The notes beneath the pieces were generated by a model. The model saw only the letters and a list, made by a program, of their open reading frames with translations, had not been told where the DNA came from and ran no database searches. Positions 50,915 through 64,000 of a stretch of DNA of 64,000 nucleotides are shown piece after piece. Numbering within the stretch: the first letter of the stretch is position 1; each line of letters opens with the position of its first letter. Location of the stretch: contig JARDVH010000059.1 in NCBI GenBank assembly GCA_030324005.1, positions 38,031,182 to 38,095,181 on the forward strand, given 5' to 3'. Position numbers and translations under genes: made by a program. Source of the stretch: Negaprion brevirostris. Lineage: Eukaryota.

Positions 50915-52229
50915 NNNNNNNNNNNNNNNNNNNNNNNNNNNNNNNNNNNNNNNNNNNNNNNNNNNNNNNNNNNNNNNNNNNNNNNNNNNNNNNNNNNNNN
51001 NNNNNNNNNNNNNNNNNNNNNNNNNNNNNNNNNNNNNNNNNNNNNNNNNNNNNNNNNNNNNNNNNNNNNNNNNNNNNNNNNNNNNNNNNNNNNNNNNNNN
51101 NNNNNNNNNNNNNNNNNNNNNNNNNNNNNNNNNNNNNNNNNNNNNNNNNNNNNNNNNNNNNNNNNNNNNNNNNNNNNNNNNNNNNNNNNNNNNNNNNNNN
51201 NNNNNNNNNNNNNNNNNNNNNNNNNNNNNNNNNNNNNNNNNNNNNNNNNNNNNNNNNNNNNNNNNNNNNNNNNNNNNNNNNNNNNNNNNNNNNNNNNNNN
51301 NNNNNNNNNNNNNNNNNNNNNNNNNNNNNNNNNNNNNNNNNNNNNNNNNNNNNNNNNNNNNNNNNNNNNNNNNNNNNNNNNNNNNNNNNNNNNNNNNNNN
51401 NNNNNNNNNNNNNNNNNNNNNNNNNNNNNNNNNNNNNNNNNNNNNNNNNNNNNNNNNNNNNNNNNNNNNNNNNNNNNNNNNNNNNNNNNNNNNNNNNNNN
51501 NNNNNNNNNNNNNNNNNNNNNNNNNNNNNNNNNNNNNNNNNNNNNNNNNNNNNNNNNNNNNNNNNNNNNNNNNNNNNNNCCGGCTTTATTGTCTTGTACT
51601 GGAGAATAAAGTCTATTGCTTGGAGGATTACAACTCAGACTCTCTGTTTCGAACGACTGGGATTAATTGTCGTCCTGGGGACCCACAACAATCCCAATAC
51701 ATGTAAGATAAAAGAGCCAGTTTGAAGACAGAGCTTGCAAAGAACTGATCAATTTTAAGCTTTAGAGGAATTCATTTAAATTTCCAAGAAACGCTGCATT
51801 AATTGGACCCACAAAAATAAGAAACTCAAGGGAGAGGCACTACTATTTATAAGAGTTAGCCTAGTTTTTAGAGTGACAAGCTTTACATTTTTTCCAATTG
51901 AATTAGGTGGAAGAATTTCCATTAATTATATAACTTTTTTATAACTTACTTATTCATCTGTTGTAGAACAAATTCTTTTGATCCTTTTCAATTTAAGATG
52001 CAGTCTGATTTAATGCACTTGCATGTTGAAAGGCCAGAGTTAGTTGTTAGGAAGTTGTAAGCTTGGTCATTAAAAACAAACCTGTTTTGTTATCAGAAGT
52101 ACATTATTGAAAGCATACCAAGCTCTCAATACAGGGCTAGCTTCTCGCATGTGTAAGAATTCGGGATTAATCTGTGAGATGCAAGACCTTAAATAATCTG
52201 AGCAAAAAGCTTAAGAGCCAAAAATGTGA

Positions 52230-52815
52230 GTGGCATGATGGCACACAGACCAGCACTGCTGCCAGGGACCCGGGTCCCATTTTGGCCCTGAGTGACTGTG
52301 TGGAGTTTGCATATTCTCCTCATGTCTGCATGAGTTTCCTCCATGTGCTCCAGTTTTCTCCCATAGTTCAAAAATGTGCAGATTAGATGGATTCCACGTA
52401 CCAACAGATTCAAGAGCAGCTGCTTCTTCCCTGCTGTCATCAGGCTTTTTATTGGTCCTATCATATATTAAGCTGATCTTTCTTTCCCCATACATGTACC
52501 TGCAACATTATATCCTGCACCTGTCCTTTCTTTCTCCCCTATGTACTGTATGAATGGTATGTTTTGACTGTATAGTGCTCAAAAAACACTACATTTCACT
52601 GTATCCCAATACATGTGACAATAAATCAAATCAAAGATTTGTCAAGCTAAATTGCTGTTTAGCAATTTACAAAGACATGTAGTTTAAGTGAATGCTTAGC
52701 CATGGTAAATGCATGGGGTTATAGGGATAGGGTGGAGAAGTGTGCCTGGCTGGAATGTTTTTTGGAGAGTCAGTGCAGACTCGAATGATCTCTTTCTGCA
52801 TTGCAGGAATTCTAT
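52230..52815 (+). mobile_element. HE1-type SINE split by a Rex1-type 3' end (about 52390-52635)
   Basis: SINE halves flank ACCAACAGATTCAAGAGCAGCTGCTTCTTCCCTGCTGTCATCAG..CACTGTATCCCAATACATGTGACAATAAATCAAATCAAA. Confidence 0.7.
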
Positions 52816-55514
52816 GGAGTAGTTTCTTCATTAGATCACCCCATTGATTGTAAAGATGTATCAATGTAATACTGTTGTCCAATAGAAATCAGTCACGAGC
52901 CACAAATGTGGCAATGGCAGCATTGCTGTAGCTCCATGCACTAACTTTACTTGAAAAAAATGCATTCCGCACAATACGGATAAATGTAATTCACTAGTAT
53001 TTTTACCTAGCAGTCATTATCACCATTTACTGCACAACTTTCTAGTCTTTCACACTCACCAAGATTTGAAATTCTAGTATGAATTTATCAGACTTAGCAC
53101 ATCTTAGTGCAAACTGGGCCAGACTTTTGTCCAGCAGTTGTGAGCAGTATTTGGATCCATCAGAGTGTTTAATTGAGAATGTTGCCTTTAAAATGAGAAG
53201 CACCAGACCTGTTCTTTCTCTTCCTCCAGATCACATGCCTGTTGGAGTTACTTGAAGTCATATGCCAATGAAATGTCTATTTCTCTTTTTTAACCTCATA
53301 AAATTATCATTAGCAACCCTGGATTTCCAATTAGATATGAGTACCTAGTGGCTACTATACTGGACAACATTGCTATACTTAAAATACATCTTCCCATCAT
53401 TAATGTAACTGGCTCAAAGTTATATTTTTATCAATAAATCTTTACATGGAGGTGAGAAGCTTTCAGATCCTTAATTCTGGACAGATTGATCCAATATAAG
53501 AGAACTTAGTTCATTACTTTAAAATTCTCAATTATTTGTGAACCAGGCTCAGCACACATGATAGTTTAATGTTTATTTATTAGTGTTGCAAGTAGGCTTA
53601 TATTAACACTGCAATAAAGTTACTGTGAAAATCCCCTAGTCGCCTCATTCTGACACCTCTTTGGGTACACTGAGGGCGAATTTCTCAATTTTAAAATGCT
53701 ATATTTCTATATTGTACAGTAGCTATGAGTAACACATTTTTGCTTTTATGTTAAGATGTACACACAATACTGTATTTTTTGAGAGTCCTTTTCTTTATAA
53801 ACATGGTAACCTCTGACCTATTTGCTGTCTGAACTTCTGTATCATCCGCTTGTTTACATTTTTTTCTTATCTCGGTGATATTCAGGTCATTAGTAGGTCA
53901 CCTGCATAAATCAAGTTACTGCAATGTTTATTGATGCAGGTTAGTTTAGTTTATGATGTAAATAGTTAACTTGGAGACTGCTAATAAGACACTAGCCTTC
54001 ATTTAAAGAGACTCGAGTTTGTCTGCAGGTTTCTTGGTGTCTAATGTCAAAAACAGAAGCAAAGTGCCCAATAATTTTAAACATTTAGCAAAAAATTTGT
54101 AAACTATAGGTTCTTTACCGAGAAACTGGTAAATCCTGTCCATGTGCAGAAACGTTTTGTTCCCTTTGAGTAAGGTTTTGCTAATCGCTACAGCTTGAAA
54201 GCCATGGAACTTCACAGACTGGCTTTGTCACCAAGGCATTAAGCTACATAGCAATTTGAGCCACATTTTTCACCGCCCCATGAAAGACTGCATTTTCCAC
54301 ACTCACTTTGTTTTTAGTAGCTTGTCTGTGGACGGGAACAGCAAAGGGGAACTTGAAATTAAGTTGAACTTCTGTGACCTCCTGCTTGTGTATGGGTAAA
54401 TCCTTAATGTTTTCAGTACTTTTAGAGCTGCACACACTGAGGTACCATAAAGGGATTTGAATTAATCTCAGCAGTGGCAGATTGGAATAGGATAACTTTA
54501 CCAACTTTAATTATAGAACCTTACTAACATTCAGATCAAGCATTGGTACTAAAGAATTCTGATTTATTGTGCTTCTGCATAAATGAGGAAGTAACAACTT
54601 ATGGTTGTTGATTAACTCCATATACTTCTCCAAATTGTACAGGGGCTGGAAAGAGTTATTTCTGGGTAAGAAATGCTGCATTCTATAATAAAATCTATTA
54701 CTCAGATGTATGTTTTTGACGTTCAGTGAATCATTTGGATAAGTACAGGTGTTTTAAGATTTGAAGTACAATTTCAGCAGGCAATGTGTGTCGACTGCCA
54801 TTCACAATGAAATATTTTTGGAGGAGGGGCAGGGATGTTTGATCGGCTTCAGTTGGTTGTCAGGGGAAGGTTTGCCAAGTCTGAAGAAACGTGTTGTTGA
54901 AAGATGCTTTCTCAAGGTGTGACAACTGGATTTGATCTGCATGCTTGATGGTCACTCAACTGCTTAAAAATTCCTTGAATGAAGCAGCCTTAAATTGGGA
55001 GAGCAAATGAAAATTTGATAAAGTGAAAAATAACCCATCAAAGTGCTTTTATTATCACATCATCAATTTGTGTTTTTATTTTTTAAATTATATTTTAAAT
55101 GAGAAGGTGATTAAAACAGCATGGCAACAGTCCCAAATGTTCTCCAGCTGAATGATTTGTTTACATGTGTTTCTGTTGTTTAACATCTAATTGCTTAGAT
55201 AAAATTAATTAGATATAGTTTCTAACTTATAGGTTACTGGATACAAATCTTATTCTTTTCAACACGGATTTTGTTTTATGTTTCTTGTTGGGTCACACTG
55301 ATTGTTAGGGACCAGATCAAAAACCCCAAGGTATATTGTGAAATTAGACTAGGCCACAACTATTTTTGTGATATTTGGCATTAGTGAGAGAATAAGGTGT
55401 TTCATTCTAGATGTGATTTTATTGACACACTAGGAAGCTTTTATCAAAACAAACTTTATTTTTAACAATATAGTTTATATATAACAAATTAATTAACTTA
55501 TATGTGTAGGAGAG

Positions 55515-55855
55515 GCGCTGTAGCAAGGTGGTTAGCACTGCTGCCTCACAGCACCAGGATCCTGGGTACAGTTCCAGCCTTGTTGTGGCAGAATGCATTT
55601 CGCTTATTGCGGAGGGGTGGAATGGAACCAGCGATTTCACCTGCCTTCGTCTTGTAACCTGTTCTGCCTTGCAAACCTTGCCATAGACAGCTGGAATCCG
55701 GGCAGCTAGCCTGGCATTCTAACTTGGCCCGGTACAGTCTTTTGGTATCTTTTGGATCTCCATAGGTCATAATCTGGCTTTCTTGTATAGGTCAGGGTTG
55801 CCTGACTTGAAGGCCTCAGACCTGGACTTCAGTAGGCAGTGGATATCCCTGTTTA
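55515..55855. mobile_element. SINE head (+, 55515-55582) followed by a Rex1-type LINE fragment (-)
   Basis: GGTGGTTAGCACTGCTGCCTCACAGC; minus-strand KDTKRLYRAKLE..DS..LWQGLQ..TGYK. Confidence 0.6.
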
Positions 55856-56987
55856 TTCTGAGACACTTGAACTTTTGGTACATCCTATGGATGCTTCGCT
55901 AGCAGAGTAATTACATAATATGCTTCCTAGCAAGCTAACCTGATTAATGAAGAAAAATGATTCCTAGACACTGTTTGAGAAAGTTGATTAAGTTCTTTCC
56001 ATTTTGCCCTACAGCAAAAACCATGCATTGGTATCTCGGTGTGTGCCGCAAATTATTTTTGGATTTTGTTCTGCACCCATTAATTTATGGTTCAACATTA
56101 AGAAGGGCACAGATACGTTATGAATGAAGTCACCACTAAAATGTTATTAATTTTAGGCAATATGCACTTTTGTGGGATATTTCAGAGATTGTAAATGGTT
56201 GAATTGCTATCCAGGGTGGAACTTGCTTCTATCTGCAATGTGTTGTTTGAGAATGTTTCCATTTTGACGAAGGTAGGAAAATACCGGAAATATATGTTCA
56301 AAATGTATTAATCCAATCGTTAGAGGACCCTTTGACAAGTGAATGAATAATCATAAATTCCCCCATCTAATTTTCAAAATGTTACCTCCATTTTTCCCTT
56401 CGCAGATACTATCTGACCTGCTGAGTTTTTCCAACATTTTCTAATTTCGTTTCAGATTCCTGTCATCTGCAGTATTTTGCTTTTTCTCATAATATGAATG
56501 TGCTCCATGTAAAGAGTGTTAAGAATTATTTATTTAGCTTTTGCATTGAGCCAAACAATAGCCTTGTCAGTGGCTAGATGAAGTTCTTTAAGCCCACCTT
56601 CAAGTTTAGTTAACAGACATTTGCTACGTGACAAACTGTGTCACTGATTGAACTGCACCACATCTGCAGCCTGCATGATCTTGGCGATCCCACTAATGTT
56701 GGGTGGCAGCGCTCAGGTCTTGGCCAGTCTGGAAATGGTTTAAAATGGCCCAGTATCACCATGGAAGGTAAAAGCCAGGTAGCCAAGAAGTGGGGCGTAT
56801 GATACATGAGTGGATTCTGGTTACTGTTAACTCCTGCCTGTTCTCCTGTTGTGTATTTATGTTTATTCCCAATTGGAACAAGGTCACTTCAAGAGTCTGA
56901 TCACACAATGTATTGATGATGCCATTACGGGGTCTGCTTCCTAATCAACATCTCATGGTGCCTAGACGTAGTAACACTGGCAAATTT

Positions 56988-57326
56988 GCAGATGAGGAGG
57001 GTTGCAACAGACACCTCCAGACACTGAAAGATGCCCTCATAAGAACAGGATATGGTGCTCGACTCATCAATCGACAGTTCCAACGCGCCACAGCGAAAAA
57101 CTGCACTGACATCTTCAGAAGACAAACATAGGACACAGCGGACAGAGTACCCTGGAGTACTACCCTGGAGCAGAGAAGCTACGACATCTTCTCCGGAGCC
57201 TTTGACATGTCATTAAAGATTAACATCTCGCCAAGGCCATCCTCACACTCCCACTTTTTGCCTTCAAACAACCGCACAACCTCAAACAGACCATTGTCCA
57301 CAGCAAACTACCCAGCCTTCAGGAGA
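56988..57326 (+). mobile_element. Penelope-like retroelement fragment (RT thumb/linker region)
   Basis: DEEGCNRHLQTLKDALIRTGYGARLINRQFQRA..RRQT..DRVP..YYPGAEKLRHLLRSL. Confidence 0.75.
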
Positions 57327-60300
57327 NNNNNNNNNNNNNNNNNNNNNNNNNNNNNNNNNNNNNNNNNNNNNNNNNNNNNNNNNNNNNNNNNNNNNNNNNN
57401 NNNNNNNNNNNNNNNNNNNNNNNNNNATTTTGACAGTGTTCCATATCAATAATGTGCAGCATTTGTATGCCTGTTTTTATTAGTTCCAGCTGATTTCTGA
57501 GAAGTTTTATTCTTGCGTTACAGTGCAAAATGCAGTCAATAATTTTTCTTTATTCCCATACATTCTATCAATGTTTCCCCCTTTTCTCCTATTGGTTGAT
57601 TCCACAGTTATGGTTCCACAGACACGAGGCACCTCTGATATCTTACTACTTCTCCTTCCCAAGTGCCCGAGTGTTACATAAGCTTTTTATTTTGGAAGCC
57701 CAATTCAGTCTTCACTTGGCATCCACGCATTTGATTGGATGCAAGATTGATATTACATCTACTATCAGGAGCAATTATTTCCTTCAGTAAATGGTGTTGA
57801 TGCCAATAATAATCTTTCTAAAGCTAGTTTGGCAATGGTTAGGGATTGAACCTAAAACCTTGTCAGTTAGCTTGTTTTTCTTAACTAGGTGAACATTAAG
57901 GAGCAGTCACAATTGTGTAGGTGAAATTATCACAATCCAAATTGGAACAGGACTCTCGCTGTGATCTATTTTATTATTTGTTTTATTGTAGACAGTTACT
58001 CTAAGTAACACTTTAATAGTGTTCTTTAAATTTAAAGGACCTGGATTACTGATGTTTCATAAATTTCTGTATAGTGTTGTCCTGAGTCACAGATACCAAG
58101 GTCATCTCTGGTTTGATATCCTGTATTTATTGAGATGATTTATGTCAGGCAGCACGACTGTGTGGCTGCTATATTGGCCTCAATATTGAGAAAGCGAAAT
58201 TTAGTTGGATTCCAAATTCCTAGAGCTATCGAGTGACCCTTGCCAAAGAGATCAATAACAGACTTGACGAGAGCATCCTAAGCTGAGTTTCTGCTTCCAA
58301 ATGCTGTCCTGTCAATTGAGATTGCCTACTTCCGCCTCTATAGCATTGTCCATTTGCCCAAGCCTCGGCTCACCTGCTGCTGAAACTTTCATCTATACCT
58401 TTGTTATCTATAGATTTGGCCAATCCTGTCCTGGCCTGTCTACCTCTCATGCCCCTTCATGAAGTTGAGCTTATCTAAAATCCCTTTTCTCATATCCTGA
58501 CTTTTAACTCTGTTTCTCTCTCCACAGATGCTGCCAGGTGTGCTGAGTATTTCCAGTATTTTCTGTTTACATTTCTGTATTTTACTCCCAATCTTGATAT
58601 ATTGTATCTATAAAAGGACCTCTTCACTCGGCTAGTTAAAGGTGCTTTTAGCATCTAGAGAACCCAAGAACACTAACAAAAAGACACAGCTACTTCTACA
58701 GCAGTGGATAGAAAACCTGTATTCTTGTACTTTATTACTGAGTTACAATATTGAGAAAGACACATCAGGTCGAATTCTCCCTTGTGCCTCCTCCATGGAG
58801 GAGGGGGCTTGCTAATGGCTGTTGCTGGGATCTTCTAGTCCCACCGAAGTCGATGGCAATTTACATTCCTCGCCCATGCTGTCTTCAGGGAACCCACAAC
58901 AGAAGACAGTGGGAAGGGCGGGAGAACTGTCTTCTTTCTGCTAGTACCAGCAGAATATAAAAGCTGATGATTTTGTATCTTGACTTCAAAGGAAAGTCTC
59001 ACTAATTTCACTTAACCATTGAGAGTAACGTGACAAAAAGGTCTTTCCCCATCCCCCAAGCTTATGTCCGTCAAACTTGATAAATTGACTGTGATTGAGT
59101 CACTGGAGCGTGGCTTTCCTTACACTTCTCAGAAGTTTTCCCACACAAAAGGGGAAATGTGACACCTTTATTCCATTAGGTGCTATCTCAATGGTTTCAA
59201 TTTTCCCAATTGTTCTTAAGACAGCATAAGGGGACATTTGCTCACCATGCAAGCTTGATGCTGGAGTAGGGAGCAACAAAGCCATCCTGTGGAACAATGG
59301 TTACCCTGATGAGATCATTTGCTTGCTGTATATTGCACAAATCTGCCTGCTGCAATTAAATTTAGATCAGCCTGATTACCTAGGAATTTACAGGATTTGA
59401 ACTTGCTGATACTAANNNNNNNNNNGGCAGTTTTCAAGGTAAAAGTGTATTTCAGCATTTTACAGGGCTATAAGATTCAATGATATTCTTTAGGCAATTC
59501 ACAAGATGCTTTTCTTACAGTCCCCAAAGTTCCTCTGCACCTAATGTATCTTTTTTAAAATTACAATATTTAATATGATCAACATTTTGCAAATTGATAT
59601 GCAGTTGGATTACATGAGTTATCTGTGCTTTTCTAATTCTGGTCTCTTGTACTTTTCCAATTACAATTGCTCCACTATTAGTGGCCATCCTTTTAGTGGC
59701 CCCAATCTCTGTAATTCCGCCTCTGTACCTGTGCACATTTCTGCCTCATTTACTTCCTTTAAGATACTCCTTAAAATCTACCACCTCGACAAAGCTTTTG
59801 GTCATCTGACCCAGTATCTCCTTATGTTGCTTGGTGCCGTACTCTGTTTTATAATACTCGTGTGAAACTCCTTGAGACATTTCATTACATTAAAGAGGCT
59901 GTATAAATATAGGTTGTTGTTGTTGAAAAATAGGGTGACCAAAAAGCTTTTAGTTATAAAAGGGACTCTTAAATTTAGGATTTTTTTATTTTGAGTAAAT
60001 GCAGGTTTAGGGGGGAGATGATTGAGATTTTTTAAATGATAGATTTGTTCTGACTTGGATGGGTTTTTTGAGATAGAAATGGCTGGAAGATGGGAGGTCT
60101 TGCAGGTGAAATCCATAGGCAATGCTTAAGGTTAAATTTGCCCGTTGGAATTTAACTGCCAAACCCCTAGTGAGTAGGATGACTCTACCACAAAGTTTGC
60201 TTAACTGCCATGAAGAGAATTTCTAAGTGGTTTGCCTTAGCACGTAGAATTTTTTCCTCTTTTTTACCCCTTCTAAGAGATTGCTTAGTTTTACTATAGC

Positions 60301-60429
60301 TTAGGTCAGATAGATTGTATGTATCTTATATTTTCTGGCCCTTTCTGTACGTTCAAAGGTATTATCCACATATCTTGTGGAAAATGGATTTATCTTAACA
60401 CATGAATGGCTTCCTGCAGACATCTCTCT

Positions 60430-60665
60430 GGTGAGACAGTGGTGTAATGTTGTTATGAGACTAGTATTCCAGACACCCAGGGTAATGTCTGGAGACTCAG
60501 GTTCAAATTCCATAATGGCAGATGGTGAAATTTGAACTGAATAAAAATTTGGATTTAAGTGACCACTGCCAATTGTCCTAAAAACGCATCTGGTTTTCTA
60601 ATACCCTTTTAGGGAAGGAAATCCGCCCTCGTTGCCTGGTCTGGCTTGCATGTGACTCCAGCAGC
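60430..60665 (+). mobile_element. SacSINE1/DeuSINE-like SINE
   Basis: GGTTCAAATTCC B-box, ATGGCAGATGGTGAAATTTGAA..TTTAGGGAAGGAAATC..CCTGGTCTGGC. Confidence 0.6.
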
Positions 60666-61139
60666 GACTCTTATATACCCCCTCTGTAAAGTAGAGCAAT
60701 TTGAATACTCCCTGATATGTCAATCTGTGTAAATTACCAAGCAGAAACAGCCAGCCCTGGTCATCAGTCTACTTTTCCCAGTCCCCTCGCTTTTTTTTCC
60801 TATCGATGCACAACCTTCCTTTTCCCTTCCCTCTTGCCTCTCCACCTCTTTCCCCCATAACATCACACAGCATTCTCCTCCATCGTTCCATGCTTAACAC
60901 TCTTTTCATTATCTCTCCTTTTTGGTCTCTGTCATGCATTTCTTGCTCTCTTTCCTACTTGTGTACTAGGGAATCACATTTTCAAAAATTTGGGGATTGA
61001 GACACTTGCCAGGTGATGTTAGGTTCACTGCTGATGAGTGATCCGACAAAGAACTGGATCTCTAAGAGCGCTGGTGTGCCTCGAGAATCTGAGTTAAATT
61101 CTGATTGTACAAAGAATTCAATGCATGCGCATAGATCAT

Positions 61140-61615
61140 ATAACATAGAACCCTACAGTGCAGAAAGAGGCCCTTTGGCCCGTCGAGTCTGCGCCGAACA
61201 CAATCCCACCCAGGCCCTACCCCTGTATCCCTACATATTATACCCACTAATCCCTCTAACCTCCGCTACCCTGGACACTAAGGGGCAATTTCTTAGCATG
61301 GCCNNNNNNNNNNNNNNNNNNNNNNNNNNNNNNNNNNNNNNNNNNNNNNNNNNNNNNNNNNNNNNNNNNNNNNNNNNNNNNNNNNNNNNNNNNNNNNNNN
61401 NNNCCTCCGCTACCCTGGACACTAAGGGGCAATTTCTTAGCATGGCCAATCAACCTAACCCGCACATCTTTGGACTGAGAGGAAACCAGAGTACCTGGAG
61501 GAAACCCATGCAGACTCGAGGAGAATGTGCAAACTCCACACAGACAGTGACCTGAGCCGAGAATCGAACCCAGAACCCTGGAGCTGTGAAGCAACAGTGC
61601 TAACCACTGTGCCAT
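61140..61615 (-). mobile_element. Young HE1-type SINE; overlapping sequence repeated on both sides of the gap
   Basis: CTCCGCTACCCTGGACACTAAGGGGCAATTTCTTAGCATGGCC occurs immediately before and after the Ns. Confidence 0.85.
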
Positions 61616-63175
61616 ACATGGGGAAAGAGGTGGGGAGGCACGAGAGGCAATGAAAAAGCAAAGTTGTACAGTGATAGAAAAAAAAGTAAGGGGTCTGGGC
61701 AAAGTAGACTGTTGACCAGGACTGGCTGTTTCTGATTGCTAATTTACACAAGTTGGCGTATCAGAGTATTCACATTCGAAGGGTGACATGTAGTTGGAGA
61801 TATGATAGTTAAAAGACAAAGTATTTGAGAGGCGCTATTTTAAAAAAAAAGCAAGTATGTATGCAACAAACAAAAAAGCGAAAGAGATTTGTTGAGTGGG
61901 AGACTAGCAGCAAAGTAAAAGATTTTTTGATTGTGAAGAACACTGCATAACAATTAGTTTGCAAAAGAGAATAATGCTCTTTAATAATATAAAGTTGTTT
62001 TGCTCCTGGTTCCATCTCCTAGTCAGATTCATGAGGTATTAGAGGACACCAAATTTTCCAGCCCAGCAAATATGTTGGCTCAATTAAATGCAGGATTTTA
62101 GTTTGCTATTTCCACTGACTTTCGTTGTACAAAGGATTCAATGCAATTACAGTATCTCAAATCTCAATTCTAGAGGCAGATAATGTTATATACAATGCAC
62201 ATGTATGGATCTTCCATATAACGTATAGTGAAAAGTTGATGTTGCAGATTACAGGTATTTCAGCTTTCACTGAGGTAAATCTGAGAGAAATCAGACGTGA
62301 TAAGTGCACAATCATAATTTTCACAAAAAGGTATTTTGTTAGATTTTTATTAATCACATAGGCAGGACTAATTCTAGATTAGGTTATCATTAAGGGGATG
62401 AGTTACTTTGCTGTTTTCACTTTACTATGTCCAGGCCCTCTTTTCATATTTTCTTTTACAGTTGTCTTCTCCCCTCTCCTCAAAGCACCAATTCTTCCTG
62501 GAGTACAGCTTTCCATTACCACCTCCAAACAACTATTCCTAATTTGTGGACTGTGATGGAGAATATTGGCCAGTTATTCAACAGGAAAAGGGAGGTGAAG
62601 TCCCTGTAACTGAATTTGATCCTGTCCTCTCCCAAAGTCCATACACCTTCACGTTTCATAGTAAGTTAATTGATAATGAATAAGATGGAAAATTGACTGG
62701 ATTTTTTCCTTCCCTGGTCAAGACAATTTGGAACAGAAGAACGTGAGGGAAAGTTTTTTCTTTGGTTCATATAATGCTGTACATTTTCCAATTTCTTTAA
62801 AATTTGCTTTCACATCTTTTAGGACCGCTGACATCATGCATCATTCCCTGGATGATGGGATGGGAAAGCAATTCATTCTGCTGTTACTTCCACTGTGAGT
62901 GGGTGTGCAGCAGATGTAGGGCTAGTTGTTAGGGTTGAGGTCTGCCTGGATACTGCTCTCAATTTTCCCTTTGCACAACAACATTGAGACCTTGGTTGTG
63001 AATAGTTTTGGGTCAGAACTTGTATTTGATATGTGCACGATGCTCCCTGAAAGGACAGAAGTTCGCAGTCAGTGATTATTATGTGCTCCAGGGCCTGAGG
63101 TGACATTTCTGATTTGAATGCATTTGCTCATCTCAAATACAGTCTGTCATCTAGCTACATTATGCTTCCTTGCAG

Positions 63176-63445
63176 GTGCCTTTTCTCTGCAGCAGCTGCA
63201 GCCATCCCGACAATTTGTAGCACCAAAACAAATTCACAAGCCACTGCCGCTAGTATCTCGGCAGCAGATAAGTCCAGAACATCACAAAGACCAAAACGTA
63301 GCCGATTCTATCACTAAGTACTACAACGTCTTGTGGTGTAAAGCATCAAAGAAGAAACACAAGAAATGGGAGGGGGATGCAATCTTGATTGTCAGAAAGA
63401 CATCTGTGATTCTCAAGGATGTAGAGGGCAAAGATATTGGAAAAG
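63176..63445 (+). CDS. RAD54B: RAD54B internal coding exon (N-terminal region); alternative acceptor gives a start at 63193
   Basis: DSITKYYNVLWCKASKKKHKKWEGDAILIVRKTSVILKDVEGKDIGKG matches recalled RAD54B (DSLVKYFSVVWCKPSKKKHKKWEGDAVLIVKGKSFILKNLEGKDIGRG); acceptor CTTCCTTGCAG|G, donor AAG|GTAAGC phase 1. Confidence 0.9.
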
Positions 63446-63639
63446 GTAAGCACAGTTATATTATTGTTAAAGTTTATTTTTCACTTTTTTAATTCAGTAT
63501 TTTTAATTTCACTGTTTAATTCAGGATGTCATACTGATAAACTCTTCCAAAAAAAAATCATATTTCCCCAAATTAGAAAACTGTAAAAATCCAGTTAAAT
63601 AACACCACAATAAAGAATATTGCAAATGATAAAATGGTT

Positions 63640-64000
63640 AGGGTGACCTATGAGATACTTTATTGGCCAAGGCACAAGAGTGTGAGAACAAGTGGTTATA
63701 CGAGCAATGTATAAAATTGTTCGATAGACTGCACCTGAAGTACTGCGTACAGTTCCAGTTAATTTATCACACCAGAAATGAGATTTATGGAGGAAATTTA
63801 TGAAGATGCTGCCTGGAATGGCAGATTTTAGCTATGAATACAAATTGGGTAGTCTGGCATTGTTTTCTTTGAACCATAGAAGGCTGAGGAGAGTGTTAAT
63901 TGCACTATATAAATTTATGAAGTGATAGAGTGAATAGGAAGCATCTATTTCTGTTCGCAGAAAGATCAATAACCAGGCAGCATAGATTAGAGATGATTAG
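63640..64000 (+). mobile_element. Degraded CR1 LINE fragment
   Basis: AGACTGCACCTGAAGTACTGCGTACAGTTC..ATGCTGCCTGGAATGG..AGAAGGCTGAGGAGAG. Confidence 0.7.

Noticed and set aside
54003-54504. Two consecutive minus-strand ORFs (70 and 86 aa)
   Set aside because: No recognisable domain or splice context; length compatible with chance
54643-54665. 23-nt micro-exon-like segment (TTGTACAG|..TCTGG|GTAAGA) as the missing RAD54B exon
   Set aside because: From a phase-0 donor it exits in phase 2, incompatible with both downstream acceptors; no homology support
61261-61446. Internal duplication in a SINE
   Set aside because: Identical sequence on both sides of a 100-N gap indicates an unmerged contig overlap
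62823-62894. 72-nt segment with AG and GTGAGT boundaries
   Set aside because: Stop in phase 0 and no recognisable RAD54B similarity in the other frames
1-64000. tRNA genes, CRISPR arrays or prokaryotic systems
   Set aside because: tRNA-like A/B boxes all belong to SINE heads; no regularly spaced repeat-spacer array; the sequence is vertebrate intron-exon DNA

Overview
This is eukaryotic DNA, very likely from a shark or other elasmobranch. It is AT-rich, dense in HE1-type and SacSINE1-like SINEs and in CR1, L2, Rex1, Penelope, Gypsy and hAT fossils, and has many N gaps. The window holds the 5' end of RAD54B on the + strand: an NRF1/E2F promoter at ~12.9 kb, the ATG exon at 13067-13195, and the next recognisable exon ~50 kb later at 63176-63445. 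Two same-strand two-exon genes are nested in that interval. (1) FSBP: a Myb/SANT-like exon (16823-17205) plus a coiled-coil terminal exon (24192-24771), an arrangement also known in human. (2) An unexpected chimeric paralog: a pogo/Tigger (CENP-B-type) double-HTH exon lacking the DDE domain (43223-43911) is predicted to splice in frame (phase 2) to a duplicated FSBP terminal exon (46879-47434), giving ~414 aa. The duplicate differs from FSBP only at synonymous sites across its conserved 19-codon core. This apparent DNA-binding-domain swap by transposase capture is the main candidate for an undescribed system. Gene identities rest on recalled protein sequences and repeat boundaries are approximate; no database searches were run.
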